Virus record (IMG/VR): IMGVR_UViG_3300045988_147517
Location: 32,001 to 96,000 of that record
Length of the DNA: 64,000 nucleotides
Strand: one strand, 5' to 3'
Source: a virus
Positions within the stretch are counted from its first letter, which is position 1. Each line of letters begins with the position of its first letter. The notes under the pieces are model-generated. The model did not search any database and had not been told where the DNA came from. It saw nothing but the letters and a program-made list of their open reading frames with translations. This document shows positions 27,872 through 36,515 of the stretch, in pieces. The position numbers and the translations under genes were made by a program.

Positions 27872-28405
27872 TCACTCGTTATCGGTAGATTCTTTTTCTT
27901 GTAACTCATCGTTCTTCCTAAAAATAATTAGCTTTACATGTTCGCTATCATCAAAAACTTCATGTAATATCTTACTTACAATTTTCCAATCTCCTCCACC
28001 ACATCCGCAACCTAGCTTATATGGTACTCCAATTGTCCAAATATCATCTTTTTTTGAAAAAGTAAGGGCCTCACAATGTTCTCTTAACAATATTAGTGCC
28101 TCTTTAAGCGCCCTATAATCTGTCAACCTTTCACCATTTGGGGCATGATGAAACTGGGCGAATAAATTAGCAACCAAGTCTTTTCTGCCCCCATACCGTT
28201 CCACTTCGACTATCTGAACAACGCCCATCATTGATTCAGATAGACCATATTCTTTGCAGAATTTATTATATTGCTTCAATAAATCTTTGTAAATATACCT
28301 TAAATCTCTCGAAAGTCCGGCGTGCATTTTCCCTTGACAATTTACCTGATGGGCGATAATATCAACTTTAGATTTAATTAAATCTCCATCTTTCATTTCT
28401 ACCAT
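27872..28405 (-). CDS. macrodomain protein, TARG1/DarG-like (ADP-ribose removal)
   Basis: DGDLIKSKVDIIAHQVNCQGKMHAGLSRDL matches the GDL..D.iaH.vNC.G.MGaGiA pattern of TARG1/DarG-type macrodomains. Confidence 0.55.
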   Translation of the reverse strand: MVEMKDGDLIKSKVDIIAHQVNCQGKMHAGLSRDLRYIYKDLLKQYNKFCKEYGLSESMMGVVQIVEVERYGGRKDLVANLFAQFHHAPNGERLTDYRALKEALILLREHCEALTFSKKDDIWTIGVPYKLGCGCGGGDWKIVSKILHEVFDDSEHVKLIIFRKNDELQEKESTDNE

Positions 28406-28406
28406 T

Positions 28407-28625
28407 TTAATCCCTCATAAGCCTTTTAATATCTCTTACATTCAAACTCAATACTATATTCACATTATCAGGCGGATTCATATTATTTACAAACCGCTTC
28501 AAACACCCAGTCGAACAAAAATAATGGCCGTGCGACCGCACCCCGTTATTGGAGATTTCTTGAATCGTCAACTGAATCATATTACAGGTACAACCCGCTT
28601 CTCCACTACAAAACTCACACTTCAT
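28407..28625 (-). CDS. small Cys-rich protein
   Basis: Start placed at ATG 28625, 9 nt after AAGGAG. Confidence 0.5.
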   Translation of the reverse strand: MKCEFCSGEAGCTCNMIQLTIQEISNNGVRSHGHYFCSTGCLKRFVNNMNPPDNVNIVLSLNVRDIKRLMRD

Positions 28626-28637
28626 AATATTCACTCC

Positions 28638-28727
28638 TTAGTTAATTAAAATACCGCCAACATATTCAATATATTCGTATGCCGCCTTTGGCGATTCCAC
28701 AACATCATTTTTGCCAATCGTTTCCCA
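28638..28727 (-). pseudogene. orphaned ancestral 3' end of the upstream gene (diverged duplicate of 28826-28915)
   Basis: Ungapped hand alignment gives 68 of 90 nt identical to the real 3' end. It translates as WETIGKNDVVESPKAAYEYIEYVGGILIN*, against WDAIAKDDVIESPEKAYEYIETVGGILIN*. It retains the original stop, RBS and junction to the next gene. Confidence 0.75.
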
Positions 28728-28802
28728 ATTTAGGTGTACTAATGTACTTCTCACTCGATAGCATAGCTAAGCATAAATGAGCTAACCCCGTCCTAACAGC
28801 GG
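28728..28802 (-). ncRNA. TnpB-associated guide-scaffold RNA, orphan copy D
   Basis: Minus-sense CCGCUGUUAGGACGGGGUUAGCUCAUUUAUGCU-[UAGC UAU GCUA]-UCGAGUGAGAAGUACAUUAGUACACCUAAAU. It is followed directly by the orphaned gene fragment. Confidence 0.7.
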
Positions 28803-28825
28803 TTATTGTTGGTGCTATATAATTA

Positions 28826-29248
28826 TTAATTGATTAATATGCCGCCAACAGTTTCAATATACTCATAGGCTTTTTCAGGCGATTCTATAACATCATCTTT
28901 AGCAATCGCATCCCAAGAATATTTACCCGCATATCGGGTAAAAGCCTTTTGAAAATCAACACCTTTTTTATTTTTATACAATACAATTTCATCCCACATT
29001 CTTTGACTACTCACCACAATATTATCATGCGCCATGTTTACTATTGTATTCGGCCCCATAACTCTATACCCTTTAACGTCATGCGGGATTGTCCCAATGC
29101 CATGGCAATAATGACAAACACTTTGTAAAAGGGGGTATCCCGCTTTTAAACCACGAGCATACCCCTTACCACCACATTTCGGGCAACATACTTCATCTAC
29201 GCGAAACGTTCCTTCTTTAATATAATATACTTCGTCTCCTAGTTCCAA
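28826..29248 (-). CDS. DnaJ-type zinc-finger (CxxCxGxG) protein
   Basis: Contains CPKCGGKGY and CHYCHGIGT. Probable TTG start behind AAGGAGGG. Confidence 0.55.
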   Translation of the reverse strand: MELGDEVYYIKEGTFRVDEVCCPKCGGKGYARGLKAGYPLLQSVCHYCHGIGTIPHDVKGYRVMGPNTIVNMAHDNIVVSSQRMWDEIVLYKNKKGVDFQKAFTRYAGKYSWDAIAKDDVIESPEKAYEYIETVGGILIN

Positions 29249-29275
29249 AACTACAAAACCCTCCTTTAAAATTTA

Positions 29276-29350
29276 TGGTGCGGGGACTGGGAATCGAACC
29301 CAGTTTTCAGGCGTATAAGACCCGCGCACTAACCGATGTACTATCCCCGT
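29276..29350 (-). tRNA. tRNA-Ile (anticodon UAU)
   Basis: Hand-folded cloverleaf: acceptor ACGGGGA/TCCCCGC, anticodon arm CGGGT-CTTATAC-GCCTG, T arm CTGGG-TTCGATT-CCCAG, and an encoded CCA. Position 1:72 is an A.C mismatch. Confidence 0.75.
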
Positions 29351-29383
29351 ATAAAAGGGAAATACATCCCTTTTTATAAACAT

Positions 29384-29412
29384 ATTATAACATACTGTTG
29401 GCGCTTTGTCAA
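29384..29412 (-). promoter_or_regulatory. consensus promoter upstream of tRNA-Ile
   Basis: TTGACA (29412-29407), 17 nt (contains GCGCCAA), TATAAT (29389-29384). Confidence 0.65.
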
Positions 29413-30047
29413 TCAGTTTCGCCCGGAATAATATACTCAAACAGTTCTTCACAGTCAGCGCACATAACAGAAATATTTGCTTTTCCTCTTACAACCGCGC
29501 CACATGTTGGACATTGGTAATATGGTCTAGGTTTTCTAGGTTTCTTTGGCTCTTCACCTTCACTTGCGGCTAAATCTGACAATTGCCTGTTAATATTAAA
29601 AACGTCGCTGATATTAAGCGTATCAATAAATTCTATAAATTCGTCTGATGGCGCTGTCTCTGAATAACCAATTCCATCAACCTTATTAATAATCAAATCT
29701 CTCTTTTCAGCTTTTGCTTTAAACCGCTTATTATGATAGCGGTTACCTCGGGAAGTATCTTTAATATCATTCTCCCAGCAATAAATATGCACCATCTCAT
29801 GCGCCAGTGTAGAAATGATATCATATTTATCAAGGTTTAAATACTCGGCTGTAATGTTTAACTCATAGTATCTTTTCCCACTAATATCAATCCACCGATT
29901 TTTTGAAGCCCACCCATAAGCATCTCCACTTACTACTTTCTTACTTTGAATTGTAATAATTACTAGCGGCAATTCACCATCATAATATTTTTCGTTTAGA
30001 GCGTTATATACTCTTTCTAACTCATTATAAATTTCTGCCAAATTCAT
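29409..30047 (-). CDS. SprT-like zinc metalloprotease
   Basis: Contains HEMVH (HExxH) and a C-terminal CPTCG..CADCEE zinc ribbon. Confidence 0.65.
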   Translation of the reverse strand: MNLAEIYNELERVYNALNEKYYDGELPLVIITIQSKKVVSGDAYGWASKNRWIDISGKRYYELNITAEYLNLDKYDIISTLAHEMVHIYCWENDIKDTSRGNRYHNKRFKAKAEKRDLIINKVDGIGYSETAPSDEFIEFIDTLNISDVFNINRQLSDLAASEGEEPKKPRKPRPYYQCPTCGAVVRGKANISVMCADCEELFEYIIPGETD

Positions 30048-30048
30048 T

Positions 30049-31314
30049 TCATTCGCCTTTCATATCATCAAAATTCCAAGCACCATAGGCCGGAGTGGAT
30101 TCAAAAATACCTTCTGGATACTTTTCACCATCTGCAAGTGGAACAATTTTATCAATATATATTTCATTAAATAAAATTCCTGTTTTATTTAACGCACTAA
30201 ATGGAGATATATTCATATCGGCTCGTTTATTAACATGCATAAATACAAAAGCCCTGTCTTTGTTACAAGAATATGTTGAATGTGGCGCGCCAATGATAGA
30301 ACTCCCATATATGTTATTATAATATTCTCCCTCTTTATATTCAAATGAATTATCATAAAATGATACGTATTTATCCCCATCAATCTTCACATATTTCACA
30401 AATCTTAATGGGAAATTACAAGGTACTTGTTTTTCAATAGCATTGAGTCTTTTTATCATTATATCCCTTTTCGCGCTATCATTAAAAAAATAAGAACTGT
30501 AAAAATTATCGTCGAATAGGACAAACCTTTCCATTATATTGTCATTTTCTACTGTCCAATATATCTGTTTTCCCAAACAATATGAGACCAATAAATTATA
30601 GTTAATACAATATTTTGTGAAAAAATTTATACAATTAGATTGTCCTTGTTTTTCTTCAAATAATTCCATTGCCCTATTAATATCGAATGGCTCATCCCGA
30701 ATTTCTTCAAAAATATCTTCCGATTCTTCACCATACATTCCGCCTATTTGCTCAGATAAGGCATCATAACTTTCGATATTTACATTTTTCATAGACAATC
30801 CTATTTTATATAACGTTGATGTGGGAATACTATATCCTCTCTGCCTGTATTTTTCCATACGTTTTAAAGATGTAAGCGGATAAGGTGTCTTTACATTATA
30901 ATTTAGGCATCGTTTAAGATTATCTGCAATAAAATTATCATCTACGATAAATTTATCTTCATCAAAATCATATAGCCCCATATTAATAGTAAAATCAAAA
31001 CTTTCAAAAATACTTTGTGGAGTAGGATACGCCTTTAAAGTAACCACTTGCACCATCTTATTGCCTCCACAATAATCTTTAAAACTGATAGCCCTTTTAG
31101 AACACACTCTAAAATTCCCACTAGCCCATGATGACCTTAAAAAAGACTCCATATCTTTTTCTGTTTTAAAATATACATCATAGTCATTAATCTCGTTTCC
31201 AGTATAAACAGAAGTAATAGCGCCACCAGCAATCATTGCATGGTTCAGTTTTAATAAATCATATAAATCGTCACTCATTTCATCAAATAGAACTTCTTTT
31301 TTATCTTTACTCAT
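30049..31314 (-). CDS. hypothetical protein, possible nucleotidyltransferase
   Basis: Start moved to MSKDKK behind GAGGAGG. MIAGGAITSVYTGNEINDYDVYF resembles the GG..(x)n..DxD motif of pol-beta-fold nucleotidyltransferases. The evidence is weak. Confidence 0.35.
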   Translation of the reverse strand: MSKDKKEVLFDEMSDDLYDLLKLNHAMIAGGAITSVYTGNEINDYDVYFKTEKDMESFLRSSWASGNFRVCSKRAISFKDYCGGNKMVQVVTLKAYPTPQSIFESFDFTINMGLYDFDEDKFIVDDNFIADNLKRCLNYNVKTPYPLTSLKRMEKYRQRGYSIPTSTLYKIGLSMKNVNIESYDALSEQIGGMYGEESEDIFEEIRDEPFDINRAMELFEEKQGQSNCINFFTKYCINYNLLVSYCLGKQIYWTVENDNIMERFVLFDDNFYSSYFFNDSAKRDIMIKRLNAIEKQVPCNFPLRFVKYVKIDGDKYVSFYDNSFEYKEGEYYNNIYGSSIIGAPHSTYSCNKDRAFVFMHVNKRADMNISPFSALNKTGILFNEIYIDKIVPLADGEKYPEGIFESTPAYGAWNFDDMKGE

Positions 31315-32278
31315 CTGCGAGTTCCTCCTCGTCCCCTTCGCACCAAAGGATACTACTTGTAATTTCATCTTGGTAATTTTTATCAACCATCTGTACGTAG
31401 CGCATCGTCATTTCAACGCTTTGATGCCCTAACATCGTTTGAATATTTTTCACATTCGTACCATGAACAGATTGTAAAGTGGCGGCAGTACTTCTTAATT
31501 TGTGGGGTGTGATATCTTTGGTGATTCCAGCGCGTTCACATACCCGCTTTAATTCTTTTGAAACATTTCTACCATCTACTTTGCCACCAGATGTCGATGT
31601 AAAAAGATAATTATTATTCCCAGACATGCGTTCTGTTGGAACAATTCTTTCGCCATCTCGATATACGGGGTAACCAAACCTATCAAGCACTACTTCACCA
31701 TTTTGTTTAACAATTTCTTTTCTACCGATATAATCATTAATATATCTCTTACATACCCAGTTAATTGGGATATAGCGAAGTTCATTACGTTTTGCTTTGC
31801 GAATATTAATGCGGCTCTTTTCAAAGTCCACATCTTCTAATTTTAAATCAGTCACTTCGCTAATACGCATTCCTGTATTAATCATCAGGTAAAATATTGC
31901 CTTTTGGCGCTTTGTTCTACAATTCTTAATAAGTAGTTTTGCTTCACTTTCAGTTAAATAAGTCATTGGTTTAGGTTGAGTTTTACGAGAACTAACATGA
32001 ATATCATGGTCAATATAACCCTCACCATATAAAAAATGAATAAATTTTAACACTGGCGCGGTGTAAGTATTAATTGTGCTATCCGTAAGTCCATCCTCAT
32101 CAAGCATAATCCTATATTCTTGAATGTCCTTTTTCTTCAGTGTCTCAATCTGAGTAAAATTCTTAATCCCCATACGGTCGAAAAATTTGTTTAAATTTTT
32201 TTCATATTCAAAAAGAGTCTTATCAGCGGCACCATCAGCTTTTAAATCCTGAAGAAACAACTTGACTTCTAACATCAT
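31307..32278 (-). CDS. tyrosine recombinase / integrase
   Basis: Contains TGMRISEV (Arg), HKLRSTAAT (HxxR) and LGHQSVEMTMRYV (His, Tyr). Confidence 0.85.
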   Translation of the reverse strand: MMLEVKLFLQDLKADGAADKTLFEYEKNLNKFFDRMGIKNFTQIETLKKKDIQEYRIMLDEDGLTDSTINTYTAPVLKFIHFLYGEGYIDHDIHVSSRKTQPKPMTYLTESEAKLLIKNCRTKRQKAIFYLMINTGMRISEVTDLKLEDVDFEKSRINIRKAKRNELRYIPINWVCKRYINDYIGRKEIVKQNGEVVLDRFGYPVYRDGERIVPTERMSGNNNYLFTSTSGGKVDGRNVSKELKRVCERAGITKDITPHKLRSTAATLQSVHGTNVKNIQTMLGHQSVEMTMRYVQMVDKNYQDEITSSILWCEGDEEELADE

Positions 32279-32368
32279 TTCTAATTACCTCTTTCTTTGT
32301 TTTATAGCTATATTGTACCATCTAATTAGACTCTTGTCAATACATTTTTAATTTTTTGTGTAAAATTG

Positions 32369-32935
32369 TTAAAACTTTTTAATTTGCTGTAAGAGATTTT
32401 CGGCTTTTTTAGCCGCTTTTTCTTTTTGTTGCATAGAATGTCCTAATTCTCGTGTTAAAAACTTAATAAAACCATCCAGTTCGTTCTTTTCTTCTAATGC
32501 TTGAGTACGTTTTGCTTTTAAGAGCGCCACAGTCTTACCTTTTTCTTCGTCATACTTATCGTTTTTCTTTAATTTGGTAATACCCTTAGTGCCATCTTCT
32601 AGAATACAAACAGTAGTATTCCCTGAATAAATAAATTTTTCAATACCATCATCGTTAACATGCTCAACTTTATGATGGTTCCTAAAAAGCGAAAGCGCAT
32701 CTTCTTTGTCAATGACTAAAGCGCCAAAACCTAACTCACATCTTGGAATCAACTTAACAGATTCGCTATCTACCGACTTAAGCTCAAACGTACACTTATC
32801 TAAAACAAATTCCATCTTCTGGCGCTCGTCTTCCGTGTAATCTAAATCACCCATATCTACAATATAATCTACAAGATGTTTAACATCATTCGGCATATAT
32901 ACCGCGCCAATAACCAAATCTTTCTCTTTTAACAT
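32369..32935 (-). CDS. hypothetical protein
   Basis: 188-aa ORF. Confidence 0.5.
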   Translation of the reverse strand: MLKEKDLVIGAVYMPNDVKHLVDYIVDMGDLDYTEDERQKMEFVLDKCTFELKSVDSESVKLIPRCELGFGALVIDKEDALSLFRNHHKVEHVNDDGIEKFIYSGNTTVCILEDGTKGITKLKKNDKYDEEKGKTVALLKAKRTQALEEKNELDGFIKFLTRELGHSMQQKEKAAKKAENLLQQIKKF

Positions 32936-32956
32936 AATATTCCTCCTCTTATGTTT

Positions 32957-34084
32957 TTAATTATAACGTTTGTAAATCAATTTTTTATTTTTTGCATACT
33001 TTTTCAAAAACTCTACTTCATTCTCATTTGGCTCTCTATTATAATATCCTCTCACTTGATTTAAAGTGCCATCACGAATCTCAATAGTGACTAGCGGCTT
33101 TTCTGGGTTAGCTTTTTCTCTTAGGAAAACAATGCTCGTTTTACCGTCAATAACATCATCAATATAAGAAGATACACAGTGCACTAATTGAGAACCTTCT
33201 TCTTTAATTTCATCTGTACTTTCTGGATATTTTACCATATACGCGCCATAACTATACTCAAGATTTTTATCAATACGCTGTTCGAATAATTCTTCTTTAT
33301 ACTTTTTCTTATAGTTATTATAGGAAATGGTAGTAATGTCATGAACTGATTTTAAAAATTTTGGGTATTTTTCAAATTTCTTTCCTTCTGGAAGAATTGT
33401 CGTTTTCATTTTTAAATAATCAGAAAGCATAACAACTGCATCCATAAACATAATGTTTTCATAGCGCGGTAGATACCAGAACAGATAGTCAATTAGACTT
33501 TTGTATTCATAATTATATTTCCTTACCATATTTGAAAATGAACAGAAAATATTTTTTGTATACCCACCAAGTACAAATACACTTACAAGGTGAAAATCAT
33601 TTTCATCTTTCCCATATTTACTGTCTATGTAGCGCAATACATTGAAACATAACGATTCATCATACTCTACAATATCTTCAAATGGAGTAAGTAAATGTAT
33701 ATCATGTTTTGATAGTATTTTTAAAATATCTTTTGGGTAATAAGATGTTGGATTATGGATATGTATATCTACATCAATATTTAATAGAAAATAATTTTCA
33801 AGATTAGAATGCCTACGCAGTCTTTCTAAAAATGTACCCATATTACTGCACTCATTATAATATGTGCTTATTTTATTTATGAGTTTTGCATAAGCTATAT
33901 TGTCATCTTTTAGTTCTTCTAATACATTTTCAATGGGGATATTTGTAAAATATTTATTTAATGATTTTACAGGATTCCACTTTTTATTATAGTAGCGCCA
34001 ACATTCCCCCGTTGATAAATCAAACTGTGCTAACTTACCATCAATTTCAAACTTTAGAAATTTACCTTCCTTTTTACATTTCAA
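32957..34084 (-). CDS. PcfJ-like protein
   Basis: The C-terminal EGSQLVHCVSSYIDDVIDGKTSIVFLR..PLVTIEIRDGTLNQVRGYYN matches the PcfJ-like pattern as I recall it. TTG start. Confidence 0.5.
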   Translation of the reverse strand: MKCKKEGKFLKFEIDGKLAQFDLSTGECWRYYNKKWNPVKSLNKYFTNIPIENVLEELKDDNIAYAKLINKISTYYNECSNMGTFLERLRRHSNLENYFLLNIDVDIHIHNPTSYYPKDILKILSKHDIHLLTPFEDIVEYDESLCFNVLRYIDSKYGKDENDFHLVSVFVLGGYTKNIFCSFSNMVRKYNYEYKSLIDYLFWYLPRYENIMFMDAVVMLSDYLKMKTTILPEGKKFEKYPKFLKSVHDITTISYNNYKKKYKEELFEQRIDKNLEYSYGAYMVKYPESTDEIKEEGSQLVHCVSSYIDDVIDGKTSIVFLREKANPEKPLVTIEIRDGTLNQVRGYYNREPNENEVEFLKKYAKNKKLIYKRYN

Positions 34085-34387
34085 TACCTCATTTCTCCTT
34101 TCTATTCCCCACTTTCCAACTATATATTATAGATTGACGGGGACTTTCCAACTTTTTAAAAGCTACTTTGAAATTCATTTTTAAATTTCTACGCTACGTT
34201 TAAATTCATTCAGGCCATCAATTCTTTTACTTGTTCTTTAGGAAACCAATTTTCTTTTTATTTTTCTACTTTTAAAATCATTTTTTTTATAACGTAATCA
34301 TTTTTTACTTTATTACGTTATAAATTATCTACTGGCGCGTAGCGACAGGTAGATAAGAATTGATAGTGAAGAGAATAAACACAGCTT

Positions 34388-34416
34388 ATTATAATACAAT
34401 TTCAGCAAGATGTCAA
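34388..34416 (-). promoter_or_regulatory. consensus promoter with a ~300-nt structured leader
   Basis: TTGACA (34416-34411), 17 nt, TATAAT (34393-34388). Confidence 0.6.
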
Positions 34417-34938
34417 TACCTTTTTAAAATATATTAAATTATCAAAGACCAATTAAGTTTTCATTAAGATAACAATTTTGTTTATTAGCGCGGCATAGTA
34501 ATATTAAATAAGAATTTCACCAGTTAAGCCTCCATTCACTATCTAAAATTTCTATTATTGGCGCTATATAAATTTACTAAAATTATCTTACGCAGTTTTT
34601 ATTATTTGTGTATTATAAATATGTCAAAATCCATAAGCTTTTTAATTTTATCATCTTTTATCTATATGTATATTGTTCCCAGTTTAAATGTATTTTTATC
34701 TTGTATTAATTTTTTATCATCGCTTACTTCATTTTGTTTCCATATAAATATTGCCAATTGTTACCTTGCCAATCAATCATATGGCGCTAGATTTTTCAAT
34801 CTATCCTTTTCATATTTACAATATTATTATACTACAAAAAATAATATTTGTCAACAGAAAATTTAAAATATTTTATTTTTTTTATTTTAATTAAATTGAA
34901 TTATAAAATGTTTGTTTTTTTTAATTTAAATATTATAT

Positions 34939-35063
34939 CCCCCGGAAATTTTGATTCGCATTTTACCTTTTTGGATTTTTCTACAATTATCCCGGGAATT
35001 TTTATTTCACATTTTACCCCATTTTGTATATTGCCCCGGGAAATTAGGTATATGTTTTACCCT
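34939..35063. repeat. three copies of a ~30-bp dyad motif CCCC(G)GGAAAtTTt..CATTTTACC
   Basis: Copies are at 34939-34967, 34991-35020 and 35034-35063. They appear as GC-rich islands in AT-rich spacer. Confidence 0.7.
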
Positions 35064-35453
35064 TTTTCCTTATTTATGCCTAAATTTTAAAGTTTTTATT
35101 ATAAACTTTGTTAAACAATTCTAACATTTTATAGATTATAATTATATTCTATGGCAATATATTTTTTAAAATAAAATTTTATCTGATATTTTTTCATTTA
35201 TAATTATTCAGTTTTCAAAGACCGCTCTTATTTCTTTTGTATCTATATTATAGCATACTTAAAGGGGTAGCGATAGTCCCCATCGAAAATTTTTTGTCAA
35301 GCATTTTTTTTATAAAAATAGATTTATTAAGAATATATTAAGATTAATATGGCGATTTAAGGCGATTATTTTTTACGAGCCTATAGATATATCCTATTAT
35401 CAAACAAAGTCTCTATATGGTTAAAATTAAACGATTACATATATAAATACAGA

Positions 35454-35478
35454 TAAAAAAAAGAGCGGTAAACCGCTC
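35454..35478 (-). terminator. rho-independent terminator
   Basis: GAGCGG-TTTA-CCGCTC followed by a T-run on the minus strand. Confidence 0.65.
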
Positions 35479-35698
35479 AATCATATATTACTGGGTGACT
35501 ATCTATAATTTCTTGTCGATATTTTACAGTGGGGCTGTTATCATACCCCCACACAAAAGCATAAAATACACCACAAAATAATATAATTATTAGTAGTCCA
35601 CAAAACAACTTTTTTAGAATTTCTTTCAGTGTATTTTCTGTAAAGAATTCATATACACTTAAAACAATTTTACCGATGGCTCTTTTTAATTTCTTCAT
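35477..35698 (-). CDS. small membrane protein
   Basis: 73 aa with the transmembrane segment LFCGLLIIILFCGVFYAFVW. It has its own promoter and terminator. Confidence 0.55.
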   Translation of the reverse strand: MKKLKRAIGKIVLSVYEFFTENTLKEILKKLFCGLLIIILFCGVFYAFVWGYDNSPTVKYRQEIIDSHPVIYD

Positions 35699-36127
35699 GT
35701 TTATACCTCATTTCTTATGATATATATATTATACATTATATACAATATCATGTCAAGTGATTTTGTACAAAAATGAAAAATTATTTAAAGAAATCCAAAA
35801 TAAAACCCTAGTTTTTATTACCCAAAACTGCATGGAAATTTTGTACAAAATAAAATCCTCATATTTCCTTTTATAGGCGTTTTAAAAAATTTTAGGTATA
35901 AATATACCTTTGAAATTTTAACCTGAAATCAATCGTTTACATCGGTATATATATAAAAACGTTTACAATTCATTGCAGGAGTGGCGGCTAACAGGTATTA
36001 GCTGAAATTCTCTTGCCCACTTGACGCTTTCTTTATTTGATTATAGTTAAATTATACACTATTTTATAAATCTTGTCAAGCATTTCTTAAATATTTTTTT
36101 TATTTTGTTAACGTTTACATTTTTCAT

Positions 36128-36153
36128 AAAATAAAAAGGCGGATAACCCGCCT
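36128..36153 (-). terminator. rho-independent terminator
   Basis: AGGCGG-GTTAT-CCGCCT followed by a T-run on the minus strand. Confidence 0.65.
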
Positions 36154-36515
36154 TAAAATGGTTTTAAATATTGATTGTAATTTTCCCTTATAAATAGACA
36201 TGCTTTTTTAAGATAAAACTGAACAGCGCCATCTTCGATATCATGCTTGCTTAAGTATACATCATTATCTTCCGTTTTGTTTCCAGCAAATAAATATTCA
36301 TTTTCAAAATAAATATATAATTTATAATTGATATACTCCCAGTCTTGTTCTATATTCATTAAATCTTCCTGAATATCATAGAAACAACTTATTATATTAT
36401 CAAGATTATAAAGTATAAGCTCTTCATCTTTTTTATGTTTTTCTTTTAATTTACTTGCTAAAAATTCAATTGTCTTGTTTACTAAATTAATTAAAAATTC
36501 CTTTTCTGTTTTCAT
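36153..36515 (-). CDS. hypothetical early protein
   Basis: 120-aa ORF with AGAGGT RBS. Confidence 0.5.
   Translation of the reverse strand: MKTEKEFLINLVNKTIEFLASKLKEKHKKDEELILYNLDNIISCFYDIQEDLMNIEQDWEYINYKLYIYFENEYLFAGNKTEDNDVYLSKHDIEDGAVQFYLKKACLFIRENYNQYLKPF

Noticed and set aside
35990-36020. CTAACAG 7-mer shared with the scaffold hairpin loop, as a possible sixth scaffold copy.
   Set aside because: Only 7 nt match. None of the flanking conserved blocks (GGGRUAGCUC, GAGAAG) are present.
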